IMG/VR virus record: IMGVR_UViG_3300043618_000014
Location: 1 to 59,599 of that record
DNA from: a virus
Lineage: Duplodnaviria; Caudoviricetes
Reading direction: 5' to 3' (one strand)
DNA: 59,599 bases
Position 1 is the stretch's first letter, and every line of letters starts with the position of its first letter. Under the pieces are notes generated by a model. That model was given only the letters and a program-made list of their open reading frames with translations, was not told the origin of the DNA and made no database searches. The position numbers were made by a program, and so were the translations under genes. Below are positions 55,910 through 59,599 of the stretch, one piece after another.

Positions 55910-57406
55910 TCACATCCGGGTACCCGCCAACAGGTCACGCCCCATCATGGCGCTCAGACCGGGCATGGTGGCGTTCCACGCGGGTGACCAGAAGGCGAGC
56001 AAGAGCGCGTCCGCCTGGTCCGGCGACATGCCGATGCGCTTGCGGACGTCGTCCTTCGGCTCGACCTTGACCTTGCCCTTGCTGTCCATGATCACGTAGT
56101 CGGGTGCCGTCAGCTCCGCGATCGTGTCGTCGTCGACCGCGCCCAGGTCCCACGCCCGGTTGAGGCTGTACTCCCGGCCGACCGTCCACCACACCTCCGC
56201 CCGCAGGTTGAGAAAGCGGTCCTTGTTCGTCGCGGTGGGCCCCTCGCCGAAGTTGACAGGGACGACCTCTATGCCGGCACCCATCAGGTCGCGGCGCAGC
56301 AACCCGACCATGGTCCACCCGATGCCGATCGAGTCGACCTTGACCCGCGTGACGCCCCACGCCTTCAGCGCCTCACAGATGGCGTCTGCGGTGACCAATG
56401 GGTCGGAGGACCGGAACTCCAGCACGCGGCCCGCACGCGTGCCCCTGCGCTCCCTCACGACGGTCCTGTCACGTCCGGCGCCCAGGTCCACGCCGGCCTC
56501 AACCACGTCGCCCGGCCGTTCGGGGGTGTCCAGGACACGGCACGCGGTCGCGGCGTCGTGCGGCACCACCGCGAACTGCGACCCCTGCTTGGGGAAGAGC
56601 CCGAGAACCTTGGACTGGTAGAGCGCGCTGTCCTCGCCCCAGGCGCGCTTGCGGTCGTCCGCCCACTCCTGGGACATGAGCACGCGGGAAGCGGCCTCGC
56701 CGACGTCCTCACCCGTGTGGGACGGCATGTCCCATCGCCCGATGTGGAAGACCTTCCATCCGGTGTCGGGCCGCGTGCACGCCTCGTGGAAGGGGCCCGT
56801 GGTGATGTCCGGGTTGCCGATCGCCAGGATGCGGCAGTGGCCACCCGCTGTCAGGGTGTTGAGGGAGTTCCAGATGTTGGCGGTCACGCCGGATCCCTCG
56901 TCGATCACGATCAACAGGTGCGGCGCGTGGTAGCCGGAGAAGCCGGCCGTCGTGTAGTCGCCCGGCTTGCGGCCCAACCCGACCATCTGACTCCCGATGT
57001 GCCATTCCGTCTGATTGACCCTGCCGGGTAGCCCGCGCTCCTCGTGGGTGGCGTTGATGTACTTCCACAGAATGCCCTTCACCTGGGCCTCGGTAGGGGC
57101 CGTGGTGACCGCCATCGCGTCGCCCGCCGGATAGGAGTCGATCCACCATTCGACCGCCGTAGCGGCGGTGTGGGACTTCCCGGCGCTGTTGCAGGAGTGG
57201 ACGACGGTGTACACGTTGTCCCGCACCGATTCCAGGATGGCCCGCTGCTTCGACCACAAGCGGGTACCGCCCCTCTCCCGGGCCCACGCCACGGGATCCT
57301 CACGCCATCGGTTGGCCGGTGGGTCGAGCGCGTCGGCAGCCGAGACGAACGGGTCGACGCGGGTGTGGGCCGGTGCGACGAAGTAGGGGCGGCTCTTCGG
57401 GGTCAT
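55910..57406 (-). CDS. terL: Terminase large subunit
   Basis: WSKQ, SCNSAGKS, TAPT..Q, IVIDE, IGNP, GVDLG, N.RAE.W, SPD.ADAL. Confidence 0.93.
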   Translation of the reverse strand: MTPKSRPYFVAPAHTRVDPFVSAADALDPPANRWREDPVAWARERGGTRLWSKQRAILESVRDNVYTVVHSCNSAGKSHTAATAVEWWIDSYPAGDAMAVTTAPTEAQVKGILWKYINATHEERGLPGRVNQTEWHIGSQMVGLGRKPGDYTTAGFSGYHAPHLLIVIDEGSGVTANIWNSLNTLTAGGHCRILAIGNPDITTGPFHEACTRPDTGWKVFHIGRWDMPSHTGEDVGEAASRVLMSQEWADDRKRAWGEDSALYQSKVLGLFPKQGSQFAVVPHDAATACRVLDTPERPGDVVEAGVDLGAGRDRTVVRERRGTRAGRVLEFRSSDPLVTADAICEALKAWGVTRVKVDSIGIGWTMVGLLRRDLMGAGIEVVPVNFGEGPTATNKDRFLNLRAEVWWTVGREYSLNRAWDLGAVDDDTIAELTAPDYVIMDSKGKVKVEPKDDVRKRIGMSPDQADALLLAFWSPAWNATMPGLSAMMGRDLLAGTRM

Positions 57407-57581
57407 GTGCACGCTCCGTGGCCGGCAAGGCAACCGGCAGGGCAGGGACGGGGTGGGCGCCGCAGAGTCGGTACGATTCCCCACCGACCGGACACTTCGG
57501 ACACAAGGTCGAAAGGGGATTCAGAGTTGCAGGATGCAACAGTTCCACCGGTGGAACGGATTTACCTGGTAGAACATTTGG

Positions 57582-57681
57582 TTGGCAAGGGTGGCTAGGC
57601 ACACGTGTATAACCCTACGCGAGAGACAATCCCCAGGTTATACAGACTTGCCTAGCCACCCTTGCCAAGGGAATGGTTGGC
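57582..57681. repeat. ~100-bp palindromic element, copy 2 (inverted relative to copy 1)
   Basis: TTGGCAAGGGTGGCTAGGCA...CTACGCGAGAGACAATC...TGCCTAGCCACCCTTGCCAA. Confidence 0.8.
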
Positions 57682-57690
57682 ATCAGTTGA

Positions 57691-58281
57691 CTACACAGGG
57701 TTACTCGGAGCTGTGACGCTGCGTAGCATCCGCCCGCCCGCAGCCAACCCCCTGGTCCACGCCGACGACCCCCGCTCGATACCCGCCGCGACGAGTGACT
57801 CGTGGATGGCTCGCACCACGTGCGCCGCCTGCACCTCGCTCACCCGCACGAGGCGGGCGTCAAGGTCCAACTTGACGATGTCGGCCAGGATGCGGCCGCA
57901 GCGGTCGAGCGCGCGTTCGTAGGCGAGCAGCTCCGCGCGCGTCTGCTCCCCCGACGCCCCGCCGTACCGGATGGCCTTGAGTGCGGCTGCCTGGTCCTCA
58001 AGCACCTCCATCAGCCGGTGCGCTCTGGCCGCGACCGCCAACAGGTCGGTGAGCGGGTCGACGATCGGCCGCGCCGGATCCCGGAGCGCGTCCATGCCTC
58101 GGATGGCCAGGGTCTCCCTGACCACCGTGTCGGCCCTGGGCGCCTTGCCACCGTGGTAGAAGCACACGGTCAGACCAGGTCGTCTGCGCTTGCGGCAGCG
58201 CTCCCGTGTCTGCTTGCTCAACGCCGTGCATCGGTCCTCGTCGGACAAGCTGTCTCCGGCATTCGGGTGACCTGTTCCCAT
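57691..58281 (-). CDS. Putative terminase small subunit (C..C..C..HGG domain)
   Basis: RCTA.SKQT.ERC.....G..VC..HGG; upstream of terL. Confidence 0.7.
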   Translation of the reverse strand: MGTGHPNAGDSLSDEDRCTALSKQTRERCRKRRRPGLTVCFYHGGKAPRADTVVRETLAIRGMDALRDPARPIVDPLTDLLAVAARAHRLMEVLEDQAAALKAIRYGGASGEQTRAELLAYERALDRCGRILADIVKLDLDARLVRVSEVQAAHVVRAIHESLVAAGIERGSSAWTRGLAAGGRMLRSVTAPSNPV

Positions 58282-58420
58282 GAGGTCGATTGTTACACCG
58301 TACTAGAACGATCACTACAATCGCCTGTACGCCCGCCTGACGGCCTCGCAGGCCGCAGGTGGACCGGGACAGCGAACAGCCCCTGTGAATCGCTCACAGG
58401 GGCTGTTCTGTCGCTTCTCG

Positions 58421-58618
58421 CTACCTCTGATGCTCATCTTCCCAGTGCGACCGCATCCACATCCGCAGGAAGGCCACCGTGATGGTGTCGGCCCGGTCGT
58501 TGACGTTCGCGACCTCCCGCCCGGGGCTGCACGCCCCGCACAGCACGCTTACCCACACCGTGCCGTCAGGCATGTCCGCGACCCGGACACGGAACCGCGA
58601 GGGGTCGAAGTCGCTCAC
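58421..58618 (-). CDS. Small C2H2-like protein
   Basis: CGAC...HW..EH; terminator 58374-58408 downstream. Confidence 0.65.
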   Translation of the reverse strand: MSDFDPSRFRVRVADMPDGTVWVSVLCGACSPGREVANVNDRADTITVAFLRMWMRSHWEDEHQR

Positions 58619-58815
58619 GTCCGATGCCTCGATTCCCAGTGGTCGTGTGCCCGGTCCCACGCGAACGTCAACGTGACGGTCCCCTCGCCGCGACCCCAGG
58701 ACGTCACCTCGTCGTTGTTCCACGGGCACTCGGCGCACTTGAGGACGAACACCGGATACCCGTCCGGGTCCATCCACGCGACCACCCGGAACATGTGTGG
58801 TTGGAAGTCGCTCAC
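58615..58815 (-). CDS. Small C2H2-like protein (paralog of neighbour)
   Basis: MSDF.P..FRV...PDG...CAEC...HW...H. Confidence 0.65.
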   Translation of the reverse strand: MSDFQPHMFRVVAWMDPDGYPVFVLKCAECPWNNDEVTSWGRGEGTVTLTFAWDRAHDHWESRHRT

Positions 58816-59048
58816 GCCGGCCCCGTCCCCTGGGGCTCCTGGGGAACCCTGACTTCGAACCACATGCAGATCACGTCGTCGTCCGCCGAGACGTACATCT
58901 CGCCCACGCCCGGGTCCGCCCGCCGCGCCGCCTGCCACGCCTTGTCAGCGGCCGAGAAAGCCTGAGCCATGTCGGTGTGGTGCGCCGGTGAGGCCACGAT
59001 CCATCGCTTCCTCTTGATCGTCACGGTCTCCCTCGTCCACACGGCCAT
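58812..59048 (-). CDS. Hypothetical protein
   Basis: GAGGAG RBS; TGATG coupling. Confidence 0.7.
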   Translation of the reverse strand: MAVWTRETVTIKRKRWIVASPAHHTDMAQAFSAADKAWQAARRADPGVGEMYVSADDDVICMWFEVRVPQEPQGTGPA

Positions 59049-59599
59049 CAGGACTCCTCGGAGTGACGGTCGATCTCGTGGGACACGATGCGCCGCCGCA
59101 AGGACTGTGTGTCCTCGTCGACCGCCGTGAACCAGGTCTCACATCCCTCGAACGAACATTGCGCGTGCCACGAACCCTCGTCCGACGTACGGGACAACGG
59201 CACGCTGTTCGCGTGCGACCTCACGACGTGCAGGGTCAGTGCGTACAGCGCGTTCGACCGCGACGCCCGCGACATGAGGTGCCTTCCCTCGTCGGGGCAC
59301 AGCGCGCACACGGGGGTGAACGGCAACGGCTGTCCCGTGGCCATCGTGATCCGCCCGTACCGCGTGTGCGTCCGCACGACCTTGAACCCGCTCACGGCTT
59401 CGAACGCCGCGTCGTCGACCGTGGCCGTGAACGAGATCGACGAGCCGGCCCACGCCTTGCACATCGCCTCGTTCCGCAGGTCGTCGCGCTCCTTGACCAC
59501 CTCGGTCAGTTCTCGACGCAGGCGTGCCGCCTCGGCCTCGTTCGACGTGTTCGCGGCCTCCGTGACGTGGAGTCGCTTCAGGGCGCTGCGGTAACACCC
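59048..59599 (-). CDS. 3' part of junction-spanning protein (two C2H2-like motifs)
   Basis: In frame with 1..964 across overlap; CALC..H...H, CSFEGC..H...H. Confidence 0.8.
   Translation of the reverse strand, partial: GCYRSALKRLHVTEAANTSNEAEAARLRRELTEVVKERDDLRNEAMCKAWAGSSISFTATVDDAAFEAVSGFKVVRTHTRYGRITMATGQPLPFTPVCALCPDEGRHLMSRASRSNALYALTLHVVRSHANSVPLSRTSDEGSWHAQCSFEGCETWFTAVDEDTQSLRRRIVSHEIDRHSEES
59473..59599. repeat. Terminal direct repeat copy 2 (assembly overlap)
   Basis: Identical to 1-127. Confidence 0.95.

Noticed and set aside
1-59599. Integrase/attP, ParAB or a reverse-transcriptase (DGR/retron) system
   Set aside because: No recombinase, ParA or RT motifs recognised in any ORF; absence is by eye only and needs an HMM search

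Overview
The window is an apparently complete, circularly assembled ~59.5 kb high-GC tailed phage genome, probably from Streptomyces or a related filamentous actinomycete (host inferred from WhiB, DUF1360- and TraB-like genes). Positions 1-127 repeat 59473-59599 and one ORF reads across the junction. It has a full virion/lysis set on the minus strand (terminases, portal, MuF-2H phosphoesterase-protease fusion, capsid, tail, tape measure, three glycosyltransferases, amidase, holin). Replication genes include a primase-SF3 helicase-PolA fusion, SF2 helicase, PD-(D/E)xK nuclease, SSB-like protein and RusA, plus many tiny genes driven by a repeated promoter/hairpin motif. I saw no integrase or ParAB. 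Two candidate undescribed systems stand out. (1) A terminator-bounded cassette (5630-8550) resembles Streptomyces plasmid conjugation: a TraB/FtsK-like translocase, a clt-like cluster of 8-bp repeats, and a membrane-HTH gene saturated with TGGCCA palindromes. (2) A promoter-driven ~1.45 kb apparently non-coding locus (11700-13175, minus) holds seven tRNA-like modules with intact acceptor/T arms but remodelled D/anticodon arms, separated by other structured RNA domains. All calls come from manual motif reading; no database searches were run and counts are hand counts.
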